In this document: piece by piece, positions 51,064 through 60,258 of the stretch | How positions within the stretch are numbered: the stretch's first letter is position 1 | How the letters are laid out: every line of letters begins with the position of its first letter | Assembly: GCA_002422945.1 (NCBI GenBank) | Contig: DITW01000069.1 | Span: forward strand, 906-64,905 | Direction: 5' to 3' | Length of the DNA stretch: 64,000 bases | From: Sphingomonadales bacterium UBA6174 | GTDB lineage: Bacteria; Pseudomonadota; Alphaproteobacteria; Sphingomonadales; Sphingomonadaceae | Program-made: the position numbers and the translations under genes | The notes under the pieces: model-generated | Database searches by the model: none | Told to the model about the DNA's origin: nothing | What the model saw: only the letters and a program-made list of their open reading frames with translations

Positions 51064-52116
51064 ATGATTGTTAAAGCCTATGGCGCTTATGCGGGTGATA
51101 AGCCGCTTGAACCGATGGACATCGAACGCCGCGCACCCGGCCCGCAGGATGTGGAAATTGCTATCGCTTATTGCGGGGTCTGCCATTCCGATTTGCATCA
51201 GGTTCGCGCCGAATGGGCGGGAACGCTCTATCCTTGCGTGCCGGGACATGAAATCGTCGGCCATGTAACGGCGGTCGGCGCGGATGTCGCGGGTTTCAAT
51301 ATTGGTGACATGGTGGGCGTTGGTTGCATCGTCGATAGCTGCCGCCATTGCAGCCCGTGCGATGAGGGGGTTGAGCAATTTTGCGAAAATGGCATGACCG
51401 GCACCTATAACAGCGTGGTGGCGGAGGCGCCGGGCCATACGCTTGGCGGCTATTCGGAGCGGATTGTCGTCAATGATAAATATGTATTGAAAATCAGTCA
51501 TAAAGCGGAGCAGTTGGCCGCCGTCGCGCCGTTGTTGTGCGCGGGTATCACCACTTATTCGCCGCTGCGTCATTGGAACGTCGGGCCCGGCAAGAAGGTC
51601 GGCGTGGTCGGCATTGGCGGGCTTGGCCATATGGGTGTGAAGATCGCCCATGCGATGGGTGCGCATGTCGTTGCCTTTACCACGTCGGAATCCAAGCGTC
51701 AGGCTGCGATTGATCTGGGCGCGGATGAGGTTGTCGTCTCCACCAACCGGTCCGAAATGAAGGCGCATGCGGGCAGCTTCGACTTCATCCTCAACACCGT
51801 CGCTGCAAGCCATGATCTCAACCCGTTCATTATCCTGCTCAAGCGCGACAGCACCATGTGCCTAGTCGGCGCGCCGGAGCATCAGCATCCGTCGCCAAAT
51901 GTCATGTTGCTGCTCTTTGGCCGCAAGTCGATTGCCGGTTAGTTGATTGGCGGCATCGCGGAGACGCAGGAAATGCTCGATTTCTGCGCTGAAAAGAACA
52001 TTGTCTCCGACATTGAGATGATCCCGATCCAGCAGATCGACGCGGCTTATGACCGGTTGGTGAAAAGCGATGTCAAATATCGCTTCGTGATCGACAACGC
52101 GTCGCTGCGTGCCTGA
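51064..52116 (+). pseudogene. Zn-dependent NADPH alcohol dehydrogenase (YahK/CAD-like) with in-frame TAG at 51940-51942
   Basis: GVCHSD, GHEIVG, GIGGLG; frame resumes [18 protein letters not shown]...YRFVID to TGA at 52116. Confidence 0.85.
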
Positions 52117-52166
52117 AAATGCAGATGATCGGGTTGCAGTCGCGATTATGTTGACAGCCATTAGCT

Positions 52167-52742
52167 GTGGCTGAATATCCGATCATCTTTGATCCCAATG
52201 CGATGCGTGCCCTGTTGGCGGGGCGCAAGACGCAGGCGCGGCTGATTGCCACATCGCCGCTGCACCAATGCCGCGCCGGGGATCGACTATGGGTTAAGGA
52301 AACCGGCACCGGGGGCCGGCAGGCGCAATCTGGGCCGGGAGAAGTCTTTGCCGCGCCCCGCGATGCCGAATTCATGGTGTTCATGGATGGCTGGCGACAA
52401 TATCGCGATGGCCGGGGGCATCAGGGTGCTGTCCCGACCAGCCCGTTATTGGAATGGGTGCCGGCGATTCATATGCCGCGCTGGGCTGCGCGGGTGCAAT
52501 TGGTGGTGGAGGCGATGCGGATAGAGCCATTACAAGACATCACTTGCGATGAGGCGCTGGCCGAGGGTGAATTATCAGCAGCCTTGGGCCTATATTGGCG
52601 CTGGGCGAGGCCGAACCGGGGCGTGTGGTTCGATCTCCGCCACGGTTTTGCATCAAGCTGGAATTGCAGGCACGGCACCAAGGGCGAGCGATGGGAGGAC
52701 AATCCGCAAGTGGTCGTCCTCGATTTTCATATGGATAAATAA
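52167..52742 (+). CDS. phage-type ASCH/PUA-like hypothetical protein
   Basis: PIIF...ALLAGRKTQ, GDRLWVKET, IHMPRWAAR, PLQDI, WEDNPQV. Confidence 0.65.
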   Translation: MAEYPIIFDPNAMRALLAGRKTQARLIATSPLHQCRAGDRLWVKETGTGGRQAQSGPGEVFAAPRDAEFMVFMDGWRQYRDGRGHQGAVPTSPLLEWVPAIHMPRWAARVQLVVEAMRIEPLQDITCDEALAEGELSAALGLYWRWARPNRGVWFDLRHGFASSWNCRHGTKGERWEDNPQVVVLDFHMDK

Positions 52743-52967
52743 TCAGTCGCTACCGGGAGCTGCCCATTCGTCGATCAGATCAAGATAGCAGACGACATCA
52801 TTATCGGTGGCGATGAACAGCCCTTCCTGCACATCTTCGGTCTGTTGGGCTGCGATGGTCATCGCCTCGCCAAAGCTGCCGTAAAACAGTGTGGTGGCCG
52901 CGCCGCCTTCGACCTGCGCATCGAGATGGTAGAGCCGGACGGAGACTTGATCGGATGTAGAACGCAC
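52743..52967 (-). CDS. small hypothetical protein
   Basis: 74 aa ORF directly downstream of the cupin; GLFIATDNDVV. Confidence 0.6.
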   Translation of the reverse strand: MRSTSDQVSVRLYHLDAQVEGGAATTLFYGSFGEAMTIAAQQTEDVQEGLFIATDNDVVCYLDLIDEWAAPGSD

Positions 52968-53288
52968 TTATTTTTCCTCAAAATGGATAGCGAGCCAGAT
53001 GGTGGGGGCGTTTTCCAACGTCCATGTCACCCGGTGCGGGACATGGGCAGGGATCAACAGATGATCGCCGGGGAGAAGGTCGCGCTCGCCATCATGGGCG
53101 GTCCACAGCCGGGCTGCCCCGGCGAGCAACAGCACCCATTCATCATGCGGCTGGTTATAGGGCGCATCTGCGGGCGTGATCTGGCCGTGCGAGACGATCC
53201 GCTCGATCCGAACGCCGGGACGGGTGAGGAGGGGCGTGAACTGCTCTTCCAGACGGGCATCAGGCAGGTTGTTCAAGAGATTATCCAT
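52968..53288 (-). CDS. cupin-domain protein
   Basis: RIERIVSHG, QPHDEWV, PAHVPHRVTWT. Confidence 0.85.
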   Translation of the reverse strand: MDNLLNNLPDARLEEQFTPLLTRPGVRIERIVSHGQITPADAPYNQPHDEWVLLLAGAARLWTAHDGERDLLPGDHLLIPAHVPHRVTWTLENAPTIWLAIHFEEK

Positions 53289-53307
53289 GCGTCGGTCCTT
53301 GATAACA

Positions 53308-54231
53308 TCATGACGGCGCAAAGGGTAGGGCCTGATCGGCAGCCTGTTGCGCGAGGCGCTGCAACAGCCATGAGGCGGCGGGGCCGGGGGGCGTGTCGCT
53401 GCGGTAAATACCGGCCAGCGGATAATCGACACCGGGGTGATCTGGCATCGCCAATTGCATCAACGTCCCCGCCATCAGATCCGCCTCGACCATCGACAGC
53501 GGCATGTTACCCCAGCCTATGCCCTCGCGCAGCAGGGCATGTTTCGCGCCAAGGTCCGCCAGTCGCCATGTGTGCGGGCTGACGACCGAGAAATCGCGCC
53601 CTTCGGTCAAGGGCGAACGGTCGGACAGCACCAATTGGATATGATCGCGGCCCATGCCGGGGCGCAATGTCCCGGCCTGCGCCAGCGGATGATCGGGCGC
53701 GGCGACCGGGATTAGCCGCACCGGGCAAAGGGCGATGCAATCAAGGCCGGGCAATTCGCTGGCGAGCGGCCCGGCCACGCCGATCACGGCGGATTTTTGC
53801 AGGACGAGATTGCTGACCGCGCCCAAGGCTTCGACATGGAGGCGCAGGGCCACGGTCGGGAACTGGGCGGCAAATGCGCGTAAGACGGTGGCGAGCTTAT
53901 GCGATGGCAGCATGACATCGACTGCAAGGCTGACTTCGGCCTCCAGCCCCTCCAACAGCCCTTTCACCTTGGCGCGCAGGCCGTCGATCCCCTGACCAAT
54001 GGCGCGTGCCTCGGCCAGCACCGCGCGACCGGCGACGGTCAATTGCGGTTTGCGCGTCGTATGACGCTCGAACAGATCTACGCCCAATTGCGCCTCCAGA
54101 TTGGCGATGCCATAGCTGATGACCGAGGTCGCCCGGTTCAATGCCCGGCCAGCAGCCGCAAAACTGCCGGTTTCCACGACCGTGAGAAAGATGTGCAATT
54201 GGTCGAAACTGGGAGTGCCGGGATTAGACAT
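53308..54231 (-). CDS. LysR-family regulator
   Basis: GSFAAAGRALNRATSVISYGIANLE; divergent from pirin. Confidence 0.93.
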   Translation of the reverse strand: MSNPGTPSFDQLHIFLTVVETGSFAAAGRALNRATSVISYGIANLEAQLGVDLFERHTTRKPQLTVAGRAVLAEARAIGQGIDGLRAKVKGLLEGLEAEVSLAVDVMLPSHKLATVLRAFAAQFPTVALRLHVEALGAVSNLVLQKSAVIGVAGPLASELPGLDCIALCPVRLIPVAAPDHPLAQAGTLRPGMGRDHIQLVLSDRSPLTEGRDFSVVSPHTWRLADLGAKHALLREGIGWGNMPLSMVEADLMAGTLMQLAMPDHPGVDYPLAGIYRSDTPPGPAASWLLQRLAQQAADQALPFAPS

Positions 54232-54334
54232 ATCTAAAAACTCGAATAGTTTTATCTATTTTATACATCTAATCAGAAAAGCATTGCAGCGCTAGAAGGG
54301 TTTTCAGACATCACCTCCAAGATGGGAGATTGAT

Positions 54335-55033
54335 ATGATTGACCACAGACCTTTTTCGACCCTTGGCAGCGCCGATCATGGCTGGCTCCATGCCAAGCAT
54401 CATTTCAGCTTTGCCGATTATATGGATCGCAATCGCATGCATTGGGGCAGGCTGCGGGTATGGAATGACGATGTGATCGCACCGCAGACCGGCTTCCCGC
54501 CGCATCCGCATCGCGACATGGAAATCATCACCTATGTCCGCGAGGGCGCGATCACCCATGAAGATAGTCTCGGCAATCATGGCCGAACAGAAGCAGGCGA
54601 TGTGCAGGTCATGTCGGCGGGCAGCGGGATCATCCATTCGGAATATAATCGCGAAACTGTCCCGACCCGGCTGTTCCAGATCTGGATTCAGACGGATGAG
54701 CGCGGCACGGCCCCGGCTTGGGGATCGCGGCCTTTTCCCAAGGCGGATCGCGCGGGCAAGTTCGTTATTCTCGCTTCCGGCTCTGCGGAAGATAGCGAGG
54801 CGTTGCCGATCCGGGCGGCGGCCCGTGTGGCGGGGGCGACCCTGAAAGCGGGCGAAACGGTCAGCTTCCCTTTGGGGGCCAATTGTTTTGGCTATCTGGT
54901 GCCTGCAACCGGGCAGATCGAGATTGATGATATTCGTATTAACCCGGGTGATGGCGTCGCAATCAGTGATGTAGATCTGCTCACGATCACCGCGATTGAA
55001 GATAGCGAAATCGTGCTTGTGCAAACGGCATAG
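54335..55033 (+). CDS. pirin-family protein (YhhW-like)
   Basis: HPHRDMEI, MSAGSGIIHSEYN, QIW. Confidence 0.92.
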   Translation: MIDHRPFSTLGSADHGWLHAKHHFSFADYMDRNRMHWGRLRVWNDDVIAPQTGFPPHPHRDMEIITYVREGAITHEDSLGNHGRTEAGDVQVMSAGSGIIHSEYNRETVPTRLFQIWIQTDERGTAPAWGSRPFPKADRAGKFVILASGSAEDSEALPIRAAARVAGATLKAGETVSFPLGANCFGYLVPATGQIEIDDIRINPGDGVAISDVDLLTITAIEDSEIVLVQTA

Positions 55034-55075
55034 CGCCCCGCCCAAATTTATTACCCCTCTCACCACCCAAAAAGG

Positions 55076-55684
55076 ATGACACAAATGAGCAAGGTGCTGG
55101 TTCTCTATTATTCCGCTTATGGCCATATCGAACAAATGGCCGAAGCTGTTGCCGCTGGCGCGCGCGAGGCGGGGGCCGAGGTCGATATTCGTCGGGTGCC
55201 GGAATTGGTGCCGGAAGAAATCGCCCGCAACGGCCATTTCAAGCTCGATCAAAAGGCCCCGATCGCCACGGTGGCCGAACTGGAACATTATGACGCGATC
55301 ATCATCGGCACCGGCACGCGCTTTGGCCGCTTGTCGTCGCAAATGGCGAATTTCCTCGATCAGGCCGGTGGCCTGTGGGCGCGGGGCGCATTGAATGGCA
55401 AGGTCGGCGCAGCCTTCACCTCGACCGGCAGCCAGCATGGCGGGCAGGAAACGACGTTGTTTTCGCTGATCACCAATATGCTGCACTTCGGCATGACGAT
55501 TGTCGGGCTGGATTATGGCTTTGCCGGGCAGATGGGCCATGACAAGGTGCGCGGTGGCGCGCCTTATGGGGCGACGACCATCGCGGGTGGCGATGGCAGC
55601 CGCCAGCCGGAAGAAGATGAATTGGGCGGCGCACGCTATCTGGGCCGTCGCGTGGCGGAAACGGCGACCAAATTGTTCGGCTGA
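55076..55684 (+). CDS. wrbA: NAD(P)H:quinone oxidoreductase
   Basis: [28 protein letters not shown]. Confidence 0.93.
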   Translation: MTQMSKVLVLYYSAYGHIEQMAEAVAAGAREAGAEVDIRRVPELVPEEIARNGHFKLDQKAPIATVAELEHYDAIIIGTGTRFGRLSSQMANFLDQAGGLWARGALNGKVGAAFTSTGSQHGGQETTLFSLITNMLHFGMTIVGLDYGFAGQMGHDKVRGGAPYGATTIAGGDGSRQPEEDELGGARYLGRRVAETATKLFG

Positions 55685-55744
55685 TCCTGTCGGGCGTGGC
55701 AGCAAGAGCTTGTCGCGCCCGATAACATCTGGAGGAGACACAAG

Positions 55745-56371
55745 ATGAAACATACGCATCTCGCACTGGCAGCGGCTTTGGCCTCGATTACCGTCATTTC
55801 ATTGCCCTCGCTGGCGTTGCCGCCCGGCGCAAACCCCAATCCCAAGGCGGTTGAGGCAGGCCATTATGTGGTGGAACCCAGCCACACCCGCGTGACCTTT
55901 GGCGTGTCGCATATGGGCTTCAACGATTATTTCGGCGAATTTGTGGGCGCGAGCGGTTCGCTGGTCCTCGATCCGAAGAACCCCGCCGCCAGCAAGCTTG
56001 ATGTGAGCGTGCCGACCGCAGGTATTTCCACCACCAATGCCAAGCTCGACGGCGAATTGAAGAGCGCCGACTGGTTCGATGCCGCGAAATATCCGACGAT
56101 CAGCTTCACCTCGACCAAGGTGACGGTAGCCGGGCCGGGCCGCGCCAATGTGCTCGGCAATCTCACCCTGCATGGGGTGACAAAGCCGGTGGTCCTGACC
56201 GCCAAGTTCAACGCAGGCGGCATCAATCCGCTCAGTAAGGCCTATACCACCGGCTTTCATGTGACGGGCAAGATCAAGCGGTCGGACTTTGGGGTCAGCA
56301 CCTATATCCCCCTGATCGGGGATGAGGTCAGCCTCAACATCAGCGCGGCCTTTGAAAAGCAGGCCAAATAA
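55745..56371 (+). CDS. YceI-family periplasmic lipid/polyisoprenoid-binding protein
   Basis: signal peptide, HTRVTFGVSHMG, GNLTLHGVTKPV, KRSDFG. Confidence 0.92.
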   Translation: MKHTHLALAAALASITVISLPSLALPPGANPNPKAVEAGHYVVEPSHTRVTFGVSHMGFNDYFGEFVGASGSLVLDPKNPAASKLDVSVPTAGISTTNAKLDGELKSADWFDAAKYPTISFTSTKVTVAGPGRANVLGNLTLHGVTKPVVLTAKFNAGGINPLSKAYTTGFHVTGKIKRSDFGVSTYIPLIGDEVSLNISAAFEKQAK

Positions 56372-56411
56372 GTTCGTCGCGATCTGCGCCTGATGCTGTT
56401 ATGGGGCGACC

Positions 56412-56642
56412 ATGACGGCCAGCAACCTGCGCGACCTTTTGGTCAATATGCTGACGCGAGACCTCGGGGGCGACCGTCGCCGCTGGCGGATCGCGGTCGG
56501 CGATGTGCGCGTATATAGCAGGGCCACTCATCCGCATTGCAACTGGGCGGTCGCCCCGTCTGGGAGCAATAGAGAGATCGCCGAAGTTGAACGCCTCGTC
56601 GATGATTTGCGCGCGCGCCATCCGATTGTTGCGGCTGGTTGA
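56412..56642 (+). CDS. small hypothetical protein
   Basis: 76 aa, THPHCNWAV motif, plausible RBS. Confidence 0.6.
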   Translation: MTASNLRDLLVNMLTRDLGGDRRRWRIAVGDVRVYSRATHPHCNWAVAPSGSNREIAEVERLVDDLRARHPIVAAG

Positions 56643-56667
56643 GCGTCAATAGGCAAGGAACAGCAAC

Positions 56668-57348
56668 GTGATACCTCTCGAACTGATCGACACGGCGGAT
56701 CTGCCGGATGGTGGCCAGCTCCGTCTGATGTGCCGTGGACAGGATTATTCGATCCTGTTCGGGCGCAATGAATTGATGAGTAGCCGGTTGCGCGGCTCCG
56801 AAGAGGCGCTGGCGACATTGGCATGGGAGCCTATCGCCAATCGCAGCAAGCCCAAATTCCTGATCGGCGGGCTGGGCATGGGCTTTACCATGCGCGCCGC
56901 GATCAAGATCCTGCCGCTGGGCGCGAAGATTATCGTGTCGGAACTGGTCCCGAAGGTGCTGGAATGGGCGAAGGGGCCGCTAGCGCATATTTTCGGCGAC
57001 AGCCTGTCCGATCCGCGCGTCGATGTGCAGATCGAAGATGTCCGCGCGATGATCGCCGAAACCAACGGCACCTATGATGCGATTTTGCTCGATGTCGATA
57101 ATGGCCCGGATGGTTTGATCCATGCGGAAAATGACCGGCTCTATAGCAAATATGGCCTGCGTTCGGCCTATGCGGCGTTGCGGGCGGGTGGGGTGTTGGC
57201 CGTGTGGTCGGCTTATCCCGATCATGCCTTTGCCCAGCGCCTGCGCGGGGCCGGTTTCGAGGTGAACGAGGTCAAGGTCCGCGCGACCGGCGGCAAAAAG
57301 GGCGCGCACCACATCGTCTGGGTCGCGATCAAGCCGGGCAATAAATAG
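56668..57348 (+). CDS. spermidine synthase-like SAM-dependent protein
   Basis: LIGGLGMGFT, DAILLDVDNGP. Confidence 0.85.
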   Translation: MIPLELIDTADLPDGGQLRLMCRGQDYSILFGRNELMSSRLRGSEEALATLAWEPIANRSKPKFLIGGLGMGFTMRAAIKILPLGAKIIVSELVPKVLEWAKGPLAHIFGDSLSDPRVDVQIEDVRAMIAETNGTYDAILLDVDNGPDGLIHAENDRLYSKYGLRSAYAALRAGGVLAVWSAYPDHAFAQRLRGAGFEVNEVKVRATGGKKGAHHIVWVAIKPGNK

Positions 57349-57377
57349 GGCGGGGCATCGGCCCTGCGTCCCTTTTT
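57348..57377 (+). terminator. intrinsic terminator
   Basis: GC-rich hairpin followed by TTTTT. Confidence 0.55.
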
Positions 57378-57427
57378 CACTGAACTTCAGCATGACGAGA
57401 AGGTGGGGCGTTGGTTCGCGTCTGACC

Positions 57428-58048
57428 CTATGACTTGCGGAAAATGACGGACAGATTGTTGGCGGGCATTGCAATGGTCTGGATCAGCGCCAGACCGTGC
57501 GCTGCGGCGCAGGTGGTGACAGCCTCCAGATCGCGCAGGCCCCATTCGGCATTGCGCATCCTTAGATTGCTGTCGAAGGCCTCGTTGCTCGGCGCGGTTT
57601 CGACGCCCGCGACCCGGAACGGACCATAAATATACAGCAACCCGCCCGCGCCAAGAATCGCCGCCGCCCCGCGCATCAGGCCTTCGGTCGCGGCCCAAGG
57701 GCTGATGTGCAGCATATTGATGCAGATGATCGCATCGGCCTGTTGGATCGGCCAATAGGCGGCGCTGGCATCGAGATCGAGCGGGCGGCGCACATTGCCG
57801 GTCTTTTCAGCGCGGCTCCATGCTTCAATCGACGCGCGGGCCTCGCTGCTGGGGTCGGACGGCTGCCAGACCAAATGCGGCACGTGTTGCGCGAAATGGA
57901 CGATATGCTCGCCGGTGCCGCTCGCGATTTCGAGCACAAGGCCACTTTCCGGCAACAAGGGTCGCAGCGTATCGAGGATCGGGTCGCGATTACGCGCAAT
58001 GGCGGGCGCGAATAGCCGTGCCTCAATGGGGGAATGCGACAATGTCAT
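57428..58048 (-). CDS. DUF938 SAM-dependent methyltransferase
   Basis: RNRDPI, LEIASGTGEH, WQPSD, MPANN. Confidence 0.88.
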   Translation of the reverse strand: MTLSHSPIEARLFAPAIARNRDPILDTLRPLLPESGLVLEIASGTGEHIVHFAQHVPHLVWQPSDPSSEARASIEAWSRAEKTGNVRRPLDLDASAAYWPIQQADAIICINMLHISPWAATEGLMRGAAAILGAGGLLYIYGPFRVAGVETAPSNEAFDSNLRMRNAEWGLRDLEAVTTCAAAHGLALIQTIAMPANNLSVIFRKS

Positions 58049-58096
58049 GCTCCTGATGCGAACTCATCGCAGACCCTAGCATGAATTGGTGCAGAT

Positions 58097-58189
58097 TTAA
58101 CGCCGTGTGGCGGAGAAAATCGCCGGGAGAAACCAGCCGAGCGACACCGACCCGCCGAGCAGGAGAATGGGAACGGAAAGGTCGGTCAT
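58097..58189 (-). CDS. candidate 30-aa membrane peptide
   Basis: ATGA overlap with the hydrolase stop; MTDLSVPILLLGGSVSLGWFLPAIFSATRR. Confidence 0.4.
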   Translation of the reverse strand: MTDLSVPILLLGGSVSLGWFLPAIFSATRR

Positions 58190-58836
58190 GATGCGCTCAC
58201 TTGTTGGTCGAATTGTGGTGTGGCAGATGCTGCCTGTGTCGTGGCTACTGGCTCGGATGCGGGCAGGTTGCGTTCCAATTGTGCGAGCAGGAACTGGCCG
58301 AAATCCCATGTGCCAATGCCGGACGCGGCGTTGATATGGCCGATCTCGCCCGCATCGGCGAAGCGGCTGCCCCAATGTTGTGCAAGGGTGCGCGCGCCGT
58401 CAAAGCCCATATACGGATCATTGCGGCTGGCGGCGACGATGGAGGCAAAGGGCAATGGCGTTTTCGGCGTCGGGCCAAAGCCTGAAAGGCGGCTATCCAG
58501 CGGGGCGTGATCGACCTCGGGCGGGGCGACCAGCAACGCGCCGATCACCGGCCCATCATGGCCGGGCTGTTCGAGCGCCGCCCACCAATTGACCGCATGG
58601 CAACCAAGGCTATGGGCCACGAGGATGACCGGGCGGCCCGCCTGTTTGATCGCGAGGTTGAGCTGGTTCACCCAAGTGTTGCGATGCGGGCGATCCCACA
58701 TGCCGAGATTGACCCGCGCGATATCGTCGCGCTGTTGCTCCCACAGCGATTGCCAATGGTCAGGGCCGGAATTGTTGAGACCGGGAACGATGAGGATCAG
58801 CGGGCGCTTGGCGCTGCCTTTCTGGTCATGTGTCAA
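58186..58836 (-). CDS. RBBP9/YdeN-family alpha/beta hydrolase
   Basis: VPGLNNSGPDHWQ, AHSLG, SRNDPY, GHIN. Confidence 0.9.
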   Translation of the reverse strand: MTHDQKGSAKRPLILIVPGLNNSGPDHWQSLWEQQRDDIARVNLGMWDRPHRNTWVNQLNLAIKQAGRPVILVAHSLGCHAVNWWAALEQPGHDGPVIGALLVAPPEVDHAPLDSRLSGFGPTPKTPLPFASIVAASRNDPYMGFDGARTLAQHWGSRFADAGEIGHINAASGIGTWDFGQFLLAQLERNLPASEPVATTQAASATPQFDQQVSAS

Positions 58837-59017
58837 TGTCTATCTCCAGTGGTTACTAGTGATATCGGTCGACTTGGCGCACGTCCCGATTTTTGGCCCG
58901 ACTCAGGCGCTTTAATACAATTGAAAATGTAGACTTTTGGCCCGTAGCTCAAGATGGATCTGCGATGCGGGGGGCAAGTTAAAGTTTATTGGTGCTGCAA
59001 CGGCCTAAAAATGCGCC

Positions 59018-59449
59018 TTATTCAGCGAATAGGGGTTCCAGCGCAATCGGATCGGCCAAGGTGATGCCATCCAGAATCGCGGCGGTTTCGTCGCGCACCT
59101 TGATCATCAGGCTACGCAACCGGCATTCGGATTCGGTCACGCAATTTTTGCAGCTTTCATGTGCCAGACGGCTGGCGCACGGCACCAAGGCCAATGCGCC
59201 ATGGGTGAAGCGGATGATATCGCCATAACGGATTTCGGACGGTTTTTTCGCCAGCCAATACCCGCCGTCGCGCCCCCTTTTGGTATCGACCCAGCCTTCG
59301 CGTGACAGTTCCGACAGGATGACGGTCAGAAATTTGGCCGGGATATTTTGCTGTTCGCTGATTTCCGTCAACTGCACCGGGCCCTGATCGTAGCGATCGG
59401 ACAGATGTTGCAACGCGCGTATAGTGTAGCGGGTCTTTTGCGAGAGCAT
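59018..59449 (-). CDS. Rrf2-family transcriptional regulator
   Basis: RGRDGGYWL wing; four C-terminal Cys. Confidence 0.92.
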   Translation of the reverse strand: MLSQKTRYTIRALQHLSDRYDQGPVQLTEISEQQNIPAKFLTVILSELSREGWVDTKRGRDGGYWLAKKPSEIRYGDIIRFTHGALALVPCASRLAHESCKNCVTESECRLRSLMIKVRDETAAILDGITLADPIALEPLFAE

Positions 59450-59490
59450 CTCTTTCACATGGCCCGAAGGACGCGTTGACGCAAGGGCGT

Positions 59491-60195
59491 TCAATCCAAT
59501 TGTTGCAACCACTCTGCAATCATTTTGCGCCCGGCGGCCACCGCCACCGGGCCATGCAGGTCATGGGCGGCACGCAGGCTGGCCTCATCGCCACCGGCCT
59601 CGATGACAGAACCCGGCCATTCTTCGATCCATGCATCGAACCTTGGGTCTTGCCCCATTTCCGCGTGAAACTGCACCGCGAGGATATTCTTCCCCCGGCG
59701 AAAGGCCTGATGTTTATAGACATGGCTGGACGCCAAGAGCTCGACATTGTCGGGCAAGGTGAAGGTGTCGCCATGCCAATGCAGGATCGGCACATCCTCC
59801 AGATGCCGCAACGGCGTTTCCTTGGCGTGATCGTGAATGCGGATCGGATGGAAGCCGACTTCCTTGTGCGGGCCTTCATAGACATCGGCACCCAACGCCG
59901 CCGCCATCATCTGCGCGCCAAAGCAGACGCCAAGCGTGGGCCGCCCGGCATCCAGCCGATGGGCAAGCCGCCGCATCTGGCAGCCGATCCACGGATATCG
60001 ATCCTGTTCATAAACGCCCATCGGGCCACCCATCATGATCAGCAAATCCGGCTCGCGCAGATCGAGCGTCGGGAATTTGGGGTCGGTCACATCGATGCGG
60101 TCGACCAGATAGCCCGCATCCTCGATCGGCTGACGGTAACCGGCCACCCCTTCATAGGGCACGTGGCGAATGATGAGGGCGGTCTTTTGGTGCAT
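59491..60195 (-). CDS. class I glutamine amidotransferase-like protein
   Basis: MGGPMG, GVCFGAQ, WHGD, QFHAE triad. Confidence 0.9.
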   Translation of the reverse strand: MHQKTALIIRHVPYEGVAGYRQPIEDAGYLVDRIDVTDPKFPTLDLREPDLLIMMGGPMGVYEQDRYPWIGCQMRRLAHRLDAGRPTLGVCFGAQMMAAALGADVYEGPHKEVGFHPIRIHDHAKETPLRHLEDVPILHWHGDTFTLPDNVELLASSHVYKHQAFRRGKNILAVQFHAEMGQDPRFDAWIEEWPGSVIEAGGDEASLRAAHDLHGPVAVAAGRKMIAEWLQQLD

Positions 60196-60208
60196 GGTCT
60201 CGATGTTG

Positions 60209-60250
60209 AAATGGCTGTCCGCCCTTTAAATGAGGGGCGGACAGCCATTT
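60209..60250. terminator. long intergenic hairpin after the TonB receptor
   Basis: AAATGGCTGTCCGCCC...GGGCGGACAGCCATTT, 16-bp perfect stem. Confidence 0.7.
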
Positions 60251-60258
60251 GGCAAGGG

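Noticed and set aside
51940..51942. Pyrrolysine/selenocysteine recoding in the ADH
   Set aside because: The position is a conserved Ser one substitution from TAG; Sec uses TGA; no pyl genes are in the window.
58912..58934. Second Rrf2-type site upstream of the YdeN hydrolase
   Set aside because: Only one half-site (TGTAGAC) resembles the 62992 repeat, and the spacing does not match.
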